Shown: piece by piece, positions 35,558-46,982 of the stretch
Layout of the letters: the number at the start of each line of letters is the position of its first letter
Position numbering within the stretch: the stretch's first letter is position 1
Source of the DNA: Marsupella aquatica
Lineage: Eukaryota > Plantae > Marchantiophyta
Assembly (NCBI GenBank): GCA_973895155.1
Contig: OZ316896.1
Coordinates: forward strand, 15,038,684-15,102,683
Length of the DNA: 64,000 nucleotides
Reading direction: 5' to 3'
Program-made: the position numbers and the translations under genes
The notes under the pieces: model-generated
Told to the model about the DNA's origin: nothing
Seen by the model: only the letters and a program-made list of their open reading frames with translations
The model's database searches: none

Positions 35558-38500
35558 CTACATTCCGGTCCTAGTTGATGGTAAATCTGACTTTCTGGTG
35601 ACGAGTTTTCTACACTTGGCCAGTCTTCTTTGACGCCCTCTCTCAAATCTCGCTTGCCTCAAGTGAATCCTACTGTTTGGAAAACTAGCTGTCTAACTGT
35701 TCTACCACTCATTAATTGAGATGTTTTCCTTTCCAATGGGTTCTACTCTCCATTTTGCTACCTTTGTCCTGGTGGTGAACTCGGACTGTATCTACTTCTT
35801 TTCCTGTTCCTGCTCACTTCTGTATGATGCCTGCTTCTACTGTAAGATCCTCCATTGCTATGATCAGAGGGACTGTCACGTCTCTTCTTGCGCTTCTCCT
35901 TTCTGGCTTCTCTTTGAGAATATCTATGACTCTGCGTGATTACAGGACAGACTTGATGATGAGAAACTGCAACCTTACAATGGAGTGTGTCCTACGTACA
36001 CTTCTTGTTACAGATAAAATGGGGACTTGAGCCAAAGCCAACATGGCAAACCACTCGTGGGACTGAATTACCTGAGCATGAGCATGAGCATCTTCTTCTT
36101 CGTGATTCCGTTGATCCAAGTTGTCTGAGGTCTCTAAATGCATGGTAGACAAGGCGAGACCCGAGGTCAAAGCCAGATAAAATCAAACAGTTTTAGATTA
36201 AAAGAATCATGCGAAAAGGTGCACAGATTAATACCGTGATCATACATCGATTGGTATGTGTATAGCACAACTAAAAACGGACAAGCATATACCGCTTTGT
36301 GCAGTACTCAACGGAGCATCCACTCACCTCCTCTCAAAGGGTATTCAGCGTATTCATCAGTGCCCATCCCGACAATAACTGGGCTGCCCGTGGTCTGGTC
36401 GAGCTGCTTACTTATGACTGATGTGCGGCTTTCAGGCTCAACGCTCCTCTCCACTACGACTTCAACATCCCCATCCGCATCAACATCTTCATCGTAGAGA
36501 TTAAAGGTGCTCGTAGGAGAGTTTATGGAATCTTGAAAACCACTATCGGTTATGAGAGAAAGATGTCCTGCAACAGAAGCCATGCGCTGATTTTGCCGAT
36601 CATACTTATCTATATCGAGTCCAGAGAGCATAAATGACCCTAGCTCTTCTGCAAATTTCTGAGAATGTTCAAAAATGAAAGGTTGAACGGCAGTTGAAAC
36701 GGTGGTATGCCAATCTAGATCTTTGCTCGTAGCCGAACCCTTTGTTGATATTCTTCCATTCCCTCCGAACCTAAACAAAGGTTTTCGAAAACGGTAAACG
36801 AAGCATCCGCTTACAAGATGATGCTTCCAAATTCCATCACAACTACAACAAACTGACTGGACATTATTTCCATCAAAAAGTGGAAGCTCGAAACATCATT
36901 TCTTAAAATAATTTTGCGGAATAAGTGGAAGCTAGCATCAGGAACTCACTTGTGGACGTCGAGAAACCAATGTACGAAAAGTCATCTCACAAGGGCACAA
37001 TCATCTAACTCCCCAAATCTCAGCTGTATTATACCTTTTATGGAAAGCCTCGACAACCCCAACTACATGTTGCATCACTGTCTCCACATCTTCTTCCTGA
37101 AAGAAATATCCAAGCCATATTCTTACGAACGAAGAGGTACAAGGCATATATAAAACTGGATCAACGCCTTACGAAAGACAGGAGAGAGTGTGAGAGAACA
37201 AACAACCCATTTTCAAAACCTTCAATTTGAAACAGTTCTTTAAAGTTGGATTTTCAGCAAAGGGACCATTCACATTCAGACCAAGCCACAGTACTTTTTT
37301 TCATAAAAAGTCATCTCTACCTGCATAAGAGCCTGAAGTTCCCTCTTCACCCAGACCGACAGCCAGCGGTTGGGCTTCGGGACCACATTAATGAACCTTG
37401 ACAGTTTCTGTTCTACATCACCTAAATGGGTGAGCATCAGGCAAAGAAGACGGTCAGTACAACCACGTCAGTAATGACCAGCCTGAGAGGGGAGTCGCTT
37501 TGCATAGTCAACTGACAAACTAGAGAACTTCACGTAGGTTTTGAGCCACGTTGAAGTTGAAAAACACGAAATGAATAAATCTAGGTCGAGGTCCCGAGAC
37601 AGAACAAAAAACTGTTGCATGACCTTTCTTCCAAAGACTTCGAGACTTTCCTTCCTATTTGTACAAAAGCAACAGTTGTTAGCCAATATGATATTGTAAG
37701 CTCAGTAAAGCAGGCAAGTAGATACAGACTGCAGTGTTTCTAAGCAGAACTTACTTGCATACACTGCTTGGCGTTGAATATGCCCGTCTAATCTCTGATA
37801 TCTGCATTTCAACAAGCGGCCTTGTTGAAGCTGAAAATTGACAACCATGATCCAAATTGAAGAGGCAAAAGTGCCGAAATTTTCCTTTCAAGCCTCCGGA
37901 TAGGACTCAGAGTTCTCCGCAGGCTTGAATGAACAGCTTATATTGAATCACACACACCTAGTGCCTCCGGTCGTCAGAATGTAGTGCCTCTGGAATTTAG
38001 CTCCAGACAAATCATGAACAATTGAGGTGTAGTGACTCTGCGCGGAAGGAGAAAGGGGGGTTAAGGATTGTGACTGATGACGGTGGAAACAATAAACCTG
38101 GCTGACTGATCCTGAGCTGCAGAAATTGACGAAATTGACTAGAGACGCTCCCCTCAATATGGATTCATTCCAAAAGCACATTGAGTACTTGTTCTCGGCA
38201 TGAATCCATCTAGAGAGCGACAACAACAACAAGATACTGATAACTGACAATCCTCCGAGGCAGGCAGATATTGAAAAGCTCGCTCTCGGCAATGAAAGCA
38301 ACCCACCCACCTTGCAAAGGGGACACTTGAGACATTGCAAACGAGTACCAGTACTCTGTGGCTTGGCGATCAGCATTTCGGACCATTGCAAAATGCAGTG
38401 GAAGCAAAATCTGTCTGTAACACGAAACCGACCCCATGAGCACCGATCCACCAAGCCATTCCAGAGCCCTAAATCGACAGAACGTTATTGAACTCAAAGC

Positions 38501-38819
38501 AAACGAAGCACACAGCATAAGAGAAAAAGATCTCACAACATCATACCGTCCAAAACAAAAGCAATACAAGCAACAATTGAGAACAACCACAGCATAGCCC
38601 AGACCAACCCAGGCCAGTCCCGCTGAGCCAAGTTGAGTTGCAAATTGAGTTCAATTGAAGTGAATTGAATTGAGTGGAGTTAAGGTGAGTTCACCGACGG
38701 AAGCATTGGTCTAGGAAGGCCTCTCCTGAGATTGGCTCCAAACAAATGGGACACCCATCAAACTCTCCTCCTCCTCCTCGTCCTGCTTCTGCTCCTCCTG
38801 TGCTATTTTCTTCAACCAT
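35558..38819 (-). CDS. TOPORS-like C3HC4 RING E3 ubiquitin ligase (At3g05250-like), multi-exon
   Basis: Exon 1 (ATG at 38819, not in the ORF track) encodes MVEENSTGG...CPICLEPISGEAFLDQCF and splices to HRFCFHCILQWSE...CPLCK, completing a RING-HC. Later exons read PNRWLSVWVKRELQALMQ, EEDVETVMQHVVGVVEAF and AVQPFIFEHSQKFAEELGSFMLSGLDIDKYD, then an Arg/Ser-rich tail. The 3' exon structure below ~36330 is uncertain. Confidence 0.82.
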
Positions 38820-39819
38820 GCTCCCAAAATTCTTCTTCCACACTACTTGCGATGTTCCAATACACTAAATGGAGGTCTGATGATGGTCCTCCCCCTCCCC
38901 GGGCCCCGTCCGTGCAACATAATAGCTCGCCTCTCTATCTTGGCTATTCTGGAAAACACAATTTCAAGGAGTACCAAATTTAGCTGCCTTTACACCACCT
39001 CATTTACACAACCCCATTTTCACCCTGTTGACATTGACCATTAGTGCGTATAAAGGTTGATCATATGTCGAGACATACGAAAGAACCTTATATGTGTCCT
39101 GGCCTACCACAGCCCATGCCAACGTTAAGGTTGTCAGCCCATGTCAACCCATTCCCTGAATGCAAAATCCATCCAGGTAACTTTATAACCTGCAAAATCC
39201 ATTCGTATGTTCTGCTGCACACTGTTTGTATATGGTGCAATGAAAATGAGATATAATCATTGGGCAAATGGCTTACGGGGTCAGTTTCTGAAAGAACCAA
39301 GAAGTGAATGCCACCCCTGACCTTAAAGTCCCTATACTCCTGCCCCTTGAGCATCTCCATGGGCCCCCCTAACCTCCATTTTCTAACCATGATGGATAGT
39401 TTTGTAAGCGGGTTACCGCAGTCACTGGGACCCACAACTGCTATTGTGTTTGCAGCCTTCCCTAAGATTGCTGGCCAGGTTTACAGTAGTTGCGTCGGTG
39501 GCAGGGGAACGGAACTCCATTATTTCATGCATCATCTGAATCTCAACACACAGAAAAAAATAGTTGTCAAGATTGTGGGGATTTTCAGAGTAGGCTTCCT
39601 GCTTGGCCCACCAATAACCTAAAAATGGGGGGCCAGCTTATTTTTTGGTTTTTGTTTTTTTCAAGGAGGAAAGAGAGGGGGGGGGGGGGGGGAGTGGGGG
39701 GGGGGGAGGGGGGTCAGTTTTCTGAGATTTCTGAGTAAACTAAAATAGGCTTTAAACATTCATATAAGGGGGTCTTAAACCTCAAATTTGATGGACCTTA
39801 ACTTACTAGTCAAAGCTAC

Positions 39820-40070
39820 TACCAAATTCAAGATCCATAATTTTTTGAAATAAAGATTGGTCATATGCCATGACCATAAGTCACTGTGGAGGCTAGTAGA
39901 AAAAAGACAATAACCTTGTGAAAAATCTATCAATGCCCATTTCTAAAAGCCATCACCCTTTGAAGGCTGTGAAAAATAAACAACAAAGTTTCACATGATC
40001 TTGTGAAAAAGCTATGGCCATTTGTTCAATCATGGCCAAAAGCCATCATCTATTAAGCTTTGACACGCCC
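39820..40070. repeat. Copy of a dispersed MITE-like repeat family ending in CTTTGACACGCCC
   Basis: TCCATAA...TTGGTCATATGYCATGACCATAAGTCACT...TGTGAAAAA(A)GCTATG is shared with 56506-56690 and 56740-56900. The copy ends in the same terminal motif as the elements at 46.6-47.0 kb and 55.4 kb. Confidence 0.75.
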
Positions 40071-40340
40071 AATTGTATCTTGGAATGTCAAATTCCTGTT
40101 TCTGGTGTAAATTAGAGCATTGAATGTCTGTTTGTGATAAACATAAACTGAAAATGCCATTGAAGTTTACCAATGGTTCCACATTGCACATATATGGCCT
40201 CCCTTACATGCCTCCTTGCATATGTTGGTGGACATACTGTCAACATTAAGAGTCAACTTGCATGTGAGCAGCCCTGGCTCCATTTCTTGGCCCTCAAACT
40301 GACTCACAACACAATATAAGTGAGAGAGAACAATGCCTTC

Positions 40341-41148
40341 TGTGGCGCGTTTCCCTACACCTCTAACCCCAAGAACCATCCGCCACCTGCTATAAACCCC
40401 TACTTTTGGTCGGCTTATGGTGGTTTGGCTACCATTCGGCTTGGAAACGCGATCTACTCTCGATCCACACTATGCTGGACCGATTCTTTCACTGGACTTG
40501 CGAATTGTGCATTGCTATGACACCTAATTCTCAATTGACTTCGTCGGGTATGTTTGTATCCCGCCCCCGGAATGTACCTCTACGGCTTAATCTCTTAAGT
40601 CGGCTGAAGGTTTTTCTCAAACCGACTCAACCCACACTTTAACCAACAAAACACTCTCAATCCTCACTTTTCTCTCAGAGTTTGGTTTGGCAGTCTCCAA
40701 TCAAGACAATGCGATCGTATAGCTTCACAGTCACTCTAACTGATTTAAATCGATCAAGCGACAAGTATCACAACACACAACGCCATGATTGCAAGAATCT
40801 GCAAACTAGGCAACAAGGCCAACTCAATTCAAACAATTGCACAGAAATGGAAATTTGTGGTTTACTGATAATCCGCGGTCTAGATTTAGCCGAGAGCTGT
40901 ATGCTAGCAATACTGACTTACACTAGAGTCTTGACTAAGAAAAAGCCCCCCGAGCCACACTGCCCAGGTTTTTATCCTTGCAGCACATTCAGGGGAAAAG
41001 GCGGAAATCCTAACCACAACTCACAGCCTTCCACCGCGATAATCCAACTAAAAAACTATCACCTAAAAAACTTGACTAGCCCGGAACCCTCTCGGAACCG
41101 AGCATCTAATACTACCTAAGCCGACAGGGCCTCGGGGGTCTCACTACA
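40341..41148 (-). repeat. ~810-bp LTR-like segment
   Basis: On the minus strand it starts TGTAGTGAGACCCC, just after the PPT-like GATGGGGAGG, and ends GGGAAACGCGCCACA. A TATA-like GATAAAAA lies ~170 bp in. No second copy exists in the window to confirm the boundaries. Confidence 0.65.
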
Positions 41149-41539
41149 TGGGGACCTCCCCATCACCTGCGACGTTTTTAGGCCTTGGACCCCCTAAAAT
41201 GTAAGAAAAAAATATTATTTTTTAACCCCTATAAAGTTGGAATATTCTTGGAATATTCCAAAAAGTGGATTAAAAAGGCCCTAATGTTCTTATAAGTCTC
41301 AAAATTGAATTTAAAAGACCCTATTGTTCTCCTACAAAAATTCTTAAATCTTCACTTACAACCAATAAAATGACCATATCCTTCGTCGCACGTGATATGC
41401 CATTTTTGTGGAAGTGAAACCCCCAAGGACAGGGCGCTACTTGCCCTGTCCCATCCTACAACGGCTGCGCCCTTCTGGCCCAAGCCCTTCTCCTACCGCC
41501 ATGTCCTCCTTCCAACCGATGACTGGCCCTCCTTAATTG

Positions 41540-44500
41540 TCAGATGACCGGGGGTAAGCCCAAATCTTCCGACTCTGCGCCTTCTCCTGCCATCGGCTCC
41601 TGCTTGATCCCTTCGGCTTCCTCGACTTTGGGTTCTGGTTTGTCGGCCCCGACACCGGCTGTGGCATCGGCATCCTCCTGGGAAACGGCTTGGATAGCGT
41701 TGGCCTTCACTTCCTCAATCCAAGCCCGCTCTCCAATACGTTCTGTATCGATTTTCCACGGCTTCACATTTTGGTAGTCCATGGTGGCTGTACCGGTGTC
41801 TGAACCTGTTACCGCAGCTCCAAGTTCATCGGCATTACTTATCTCTACCACGGCTGCCTTTGTAGCAACAGTCCCACAAATGTGGGCGGCCATACTCTTG
41901 ACCTCTTCTGGCGTGGCTTTAAGAGGTACCCCAAAAGTACCTGCTGGCCCCATGAATGTTTTGGCCAGATCTGCAACCAACTGCATTGCCTTTACCCCTA
42001 TTACTCTTGACAATATAGATGTCGGCTTCGGCACCTCAGTATTCCTGGCGACCATGCCACTAGCGGGAGACCGCCCAGTTGGTGATCCGTGCCCGGCTTC
42101 GGCATACTTTTGTAACTTCTTTGTTTGATTATCTGCACGCCTCTGCAAGCCGATCATCTTGTCTTTGGCCTCCTCCAGCTCTTGGGATAAATCCTCAACC
42201 TCCTCATTAAGCCGGTGCGCCTCCTCTTTGGCCGTCTTGAGCTCCTCGTTTAAGATCTGCACAATCTCAAACTCTTGCTTATCCAAAGCGGCTCTTTGGG
42301 AATCGTTGATGCTTTCCAGCTTTGTGATCTCGTCCGTCCATGCCTGCTTTGTCCTGATTAGCTCCTCCTGAAGCTCCTTGTGTATCTGTTGGACTCGGCT
42401 TAGGTGATCATTGGCCGCTGTGCAAATGGCGTCATCATGCTTCTCACGCATGGCCTCCAACCGGTCGAGTAACTTGTCATACTTCCTTTGGGCTTTTGCC
42501 AAGGCCTTCTCGCTCTGGGTGGCCTGATCCTTAGCCGTCTTTCTGAGCCTCTCAACTTGGCGATTTAGACCCTGTACTTCTACTTTTGAATTGGCTAACT
42601 CCAGCTCTACCTTCGTCAATTTTTCCTTGATTTGCTGGTTATCCAATTGGTAGTTTTCCAATTGGTTGTTCGCCACTTCTAATTCCTACTGCTTAGCCAA
42701 GAGATTCTGCTGAGTTGGTTGATCAGACTTTGTCTTAGCAACTTCGGCTTCCATGGAGCAAAGCCGAGCGATTACCTCTTCTTTCTTTAATCGCTCCAAC
42801 GTCATTGCCTCCTCTAACCTTGTTTGGTCCGCCATTTCCTTTCTAAGAAATGGTCCGGATTCTAACTCATTGCCGAAGATTTCTAAGGCTAGCAGTCCAC
42901 ACATGTCTCCATACTCCCTAGCCCGATCCCTGGCATAGTTTTGAGCTACCAGGTGATACTGGCATCTGCCAACGAGGCCGTTTCTCCCAGGCTTCTGCTT
43001 GTAATTGATCAAAATCAGTGAGAGATTTGGCCTGCTTCTCACTAAGCCGTCTTATTTCCTTCGACCAATCACCGCCTGGTAGCTGCCGTTCCTGCATGTC
43101 ATTTTGGGCCCTCCACTCGTCGAGTTTCTTCTTCAGACCTGCCTCGGCTTCCTTCATTTGGTCAAATTCCAATGGTGTCACGTCCGGTGGAGGAGACTCT
43201 GGGGTTTTTTGATCCTCCGGCTTGCCATAAAAGACTGAGGGAAGTCTTCTACAAAACCTTCCCAACGTTCTCACTCCCGGCACCGGACTCTCCCCATGAT
43301 CGACAGAATCATCGTCGTAGTCATCCACATTAACCTGACTACCGAGCATGCCGGCCTCTTCTGCAAAGCCCCCAATCTCCTCCTTTGAGTATTGTTGGGC
43401 TGCCACTGGTTGATTTACCTCCACCGGTTCCTCCACTCGAGCCCGGCTATAAGCTCTAAGGACTGGCCTCTCCGGACTTCGGCCTCGGCTTCCATCTTCT
43501 AACTCTGAATCCATTTGCTCATCTCGTTTCTTTCTTTCTTTGACAGTCATCTTCCTCTCTACCAGTTGAATACCTGCATATGGGTTATTACGAGTAGGCC
43601 GTCTCAGCGGATTTCTCACCACGTCATATGTTACCACCTTTGGTTCCTTGAGAGGGGAATTCTCCCGTCCCTGGACTGCCTATATTGCCAACCTCTTCTC
43701 TTGCCGTTGCTTGTTCAAGGGCTGCTCGTCCTCCGCCACCTCCTCAAGTGGTGCAGTGATCGGCATCCGCTCTTGTATAGGCAACACTGATGCAAAAGAC
43801 TGGCTTCTTGCATATCGGCAAAGTAATTGCAGATGGTACCCTAGTCTGGATACCGCTCCTTCCCCAATGCTCTGCTTCTCTTCATTCAATGCCTTCTTCA
43901 ACTGCATTAAGAGATAGCCATTGTAGTCTCAGCTTGAATCGATATTCTCCACCAAAAATACCTGGGCTTTGCCGATTTCTGCTCTTGGCAAGGTACAATG
44001 CAATGTGACTCTCAGGAAATCAATCAATTGCCCTATATGCGGGTTTGTACATTGATTCCTGAAGAACCCATTCTTAGTGGAAGGCCCTGGAAATGACCTG
44101 AACTGGTCATCCGGCAACGTCTTCCTTTGCTCCACCTTAGTCTTCCTTCCTGTTGGTAAAGCAAAGACGGCTTTGATAAGCGTAGGTGTTAGTTCGAACA
44201 CCTTTCCATACAGCAGCGTCATGTTGGAAGAAGCCTCCCAGCATCCCACGAAGTCCAACAGATCCTCATTTGGTATCTCTTTTAACCGCCATGGTAATCG
44301 GATGAATCCCTCTAAGCCAGTGTTGTTCATGTATCCCGAATACTTGTTATCCTGGATAGCACAGAAGACCTCATCTTCTTCTCGTGCAAACTGCAGTTGT
44401 AAGTCGGCAGGTAGCCTATCCGCCCAACCCGCCATAAACTTATCCTCTACTGCCCTATCACGAACTGGCACGGCTTCAGCCTTAGCCTGCCTCTCCGACC

Positions 44501-44903
44501 GGTTCCGCTTAGCTGGTGTTGCAAATGCCGAACTACCCTTACGCTTCATCTCCTCTGTTCCTGAGAACTCTCCAAGAATGGCTTCCTTGCTCCAAGCCAA
44601 AGTGTGACCCTTCAACTCCCACACCGGCTGCCCAGCGTTCTTAATCGCCTCCTAAATTCCAACGACTCGATTCTGTTGGATCAGCAATTCGTCAAGCTCG
44701 GCACTAGTGGGAGTCCATGCAAATTTCTCAAGGACTTCTTCCGTTCCCGCAAAAGCCGTCTTATGAATTCCCCATAACCGCGTGAGCTCCGCCCGTTCCC
44801 TTGCTACTCATTCCGGCTTGACGTCTTCATAAGTTGGTATGAGCTGTCATGCTTCTTCAAGCAAACAACCCCAAAACTTGGCCGCTTGATTCACCGTGGT
44901 CAT
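41540..44903 (-). pseudogene. Retrotransposon accessory ORF (~1100 codons): PMD/plant-transposon-protein-like N-terminal region plus long coiled coil
   Basis: The ATG at 44903 is in frame with track ORFs 43929-44624, 43680-43907 and 42918-43637 through single TGA/TAG stops. One frameshift near 43000 leads to 42686-43042 and 41540-42676. TGLEGFIRLPW...LLDFVGCW...GKVFELTPTLIKAVFALPTG and YLLMQLKKAL...LGYHLQLL resemble PMD/Transposase_32-type ORFs of Athila/Tat elements. The C-terminal part is heptad-rich. Confidence 0.7.
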
Positions 44904-45983
44904 TCCAGCGAAAGAGAAAAGAGCTTGAGCAATTCCCTAACCACCTCCCCCGATCGATCGGCAGCTGCTTCCACCTCCCTAGGTTGACCGAACAAGCAAA
45001 TGAGCAAGTGTACAGAGTGTCGGTCCCCTCCCTATGAAGCCGCCTCCTGATGGCTTACCTGATCAAGCCCAGATTAGGTCATAACCCTAATCCTACTTAA
45101 TCGCGACTGTTGGATCCTATCCTATCACAATCTCTCCCGAACACGTTGCAATCGGCTTCGATCCTTATTCCTCCCTTATTCTATCTACCTAATCTTTATT
45201 TAGCCATTATTTTAGGCTTAACTAAGTACTTCGTGATCCTGGCAAGGCATCACACCTTCACTCCCTCCTGTGCCAGACCTGATGGCAAAAAACCAGGAGT
45301 TACCTGTGGGAGTTACAACAACAACGGCCGAAAGCTCTCTAGCCCTACTGGTCTTGACCTCAAACTCCAGCATAAAACAAAAGACCTAATGGGTCACAAT
45401 CATGTAGTGAAACTTTGTTGGGCGCCAGGGTCCGGAGTTGATATTGTGGTCACACAAGATTGGCTGTTGAGCAGGCTGAACCTCCTCGTGTGCCAACCCC
45501 AATGGCAGAATCCATGCATTTCCAAAGGCACGGGCTGGAATTTGTCAGGCCCTGGCAGGTCCCGCCCTTTGACACAATAATAAAACAAAGAAATAGGCTT
45601 TTGATCCAACTCAGTCTCAACTTGTCCTTGGAAAGGAACTATTGAAATGCTTTGAACAGGATTTGGTTGGCCAGATGGGTAGCAATTTTGGCTTGAAGGT
45701 GGTCTATATAACATCAAGCTGACATGTTTTTAGTGGATTACAAACCACTCTGGTCCTTTGGCCCTCCTTGAAATCAGACCTGATTTTTGATTCTGCCCAG
45801 TTCACTTTTGATTTGTCCGGTGAACCTTGGGTGTTAGTTATTTTTGCTGGCGCATGATTATTTCATTCTGGATTTTTGTCCTGGACAAGTGCTCAGATTT
45901 TAGTGTTTACTATTCTCACATTGTTCTTTTGGGCTGACTCAGCCCTTAGACTTGCACTTTGGCTTTGATAGTTCTCTGTGACA

Positions 45984-46325
45984 GGTGACATGTTGTTACT
46001 GCCACTTCATTGTTGCTCCCATTTTGGCCATGAGTGTTTGGTAGTTGGGTGACTTTTGGTCCTTGATTTTTTTTCTGATGTGGCCTCTTTTAGTCTTGTT
46101 TTATTTGGTTTTACTTTTCACATGATCGAGTTAAGTGCTTTTTTCAAAGAAAAAATGTGATGGGTGACATGTTGTTACATTTTATTGTTGCTCCCATTTT
46201 GGCCATGAGTGTTTGGTAATTGGGTGACTTTTGGTCCTTGATTGTTTTCTGATGTGGCCGGTTTTATTCTTGTTTTATTGAGTTTTACTTTTCACATGAG
46301 TAAAGTGCTATTTTCAAAGAAAAAA
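45984..46325. repeat. ~180-bp tandem duplication
   Basis: GGTGACATGTTGTTAC...TTGTTGCTCCCATTTTGGCCATGAGTGTTTGGTA...TTTTCAAAGAAAAAA occurs twice, starting at 45984 and 46163. Confidence 0.9.
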
Positions 46326-46611
46326 AGAAAGGAACTACTTTATCAGAACATAAGTACCATACAGGGCTTGGACACATGGCCGTTGCAACCTGCTCTTGCC
46401 AAAAGAGATTTATGTTTTGCTGCTTGTTTTGCTGCTCGCTGTTGCCGAAGGAGAATTACTTTTTGCTGTTTGTTTTGCTAGCAAGATCTATTTTTTGCAG
46501 TTTGTTTAGCTAGTGAGATCTATTTTTGCAGTTTGTTTCTCTAGTGTGGAGAACCGCAAAACAAAAGGCTTGCAATGACATGCAAGTTGGGCCTAATTCT
46601 TTGTGGTATTA

Positions 46612-46982
46612 GAGCATTTCAAAATATTGATGTAAGCAAAGACAGTCTTATGGGCTGAAACTCATTACACGTAAAATTTTTATGGGGTTTGTATTTGGGT
46701 GGCCTGTAAGTCTTTATGTCCTGACCATAAAACAATGTATGGCCTTAGTCATATCTCAGTTATGGCGCTGTTTTGACACGCCTTATATTAGGGCATGTCA
46801 AAGTTCTCCCTCAAGCACAATTTAATGGTTGTGACTTTTTGGATCTACTATCTTTATGGTGTAAGTATTTTGGTAGCCCCGTGATTTTGCCCTGGCTATA
46901 AAAACACTTTATGTCATGAATAAATGACTTTTTGTGTAAAAGCACTTTATGTCCTGAGTTAGAGCACTTCGTTGACGTGCCC
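46612..46982. mobile_element. Two adjacent Tourist-like MITE copies (TIR GGGCRTGTCAAAG)
   Basis: Copy 1 (~46612-46783) ends TTTTGACACGCCT. Copy 2 (46791-46982) runs GGGCATGTCAAAG...TTGACGTGCCC with TA/TTA flanks. The interior resembles 55378-55549. Confidence 0.65.

Larger units (their letters stand above)
40341..45254 (-). mobile_element. Ty3/gypsy-derived 4.9-kb element with TG...CA ends and 5-bp TSD (CCTTC), one LTR-like segment and no gag-pol
   Basis: CCTTC (40336-40340) | TGTGGCGC ... GCATCACA | CCTTC (45255-45259). An LTR-like segment spans 40341-41148, with a purine tract next to it on the minus strand. A long decayed accessory ORF lies inside. Confidence 0.7.

Noticed and set aside
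39088-39500. Possible LINE ORF1/zinc-knuckle relic (GCGRPGHI)
   Set aside because: The CCHC knuckle is incomplete and no RT or endonuclease remnants are nearby.
41149-41166. TGGGGACCTCCCCA read as a primer-binding site (plus-strand element)
   Set aside because: I cannot match it to a tRNA 3' end. The ORF direction, TATA-like position and purine tract all favour a minus-strand PPT. The sequence is self-complementary, so some ambiguity remains.
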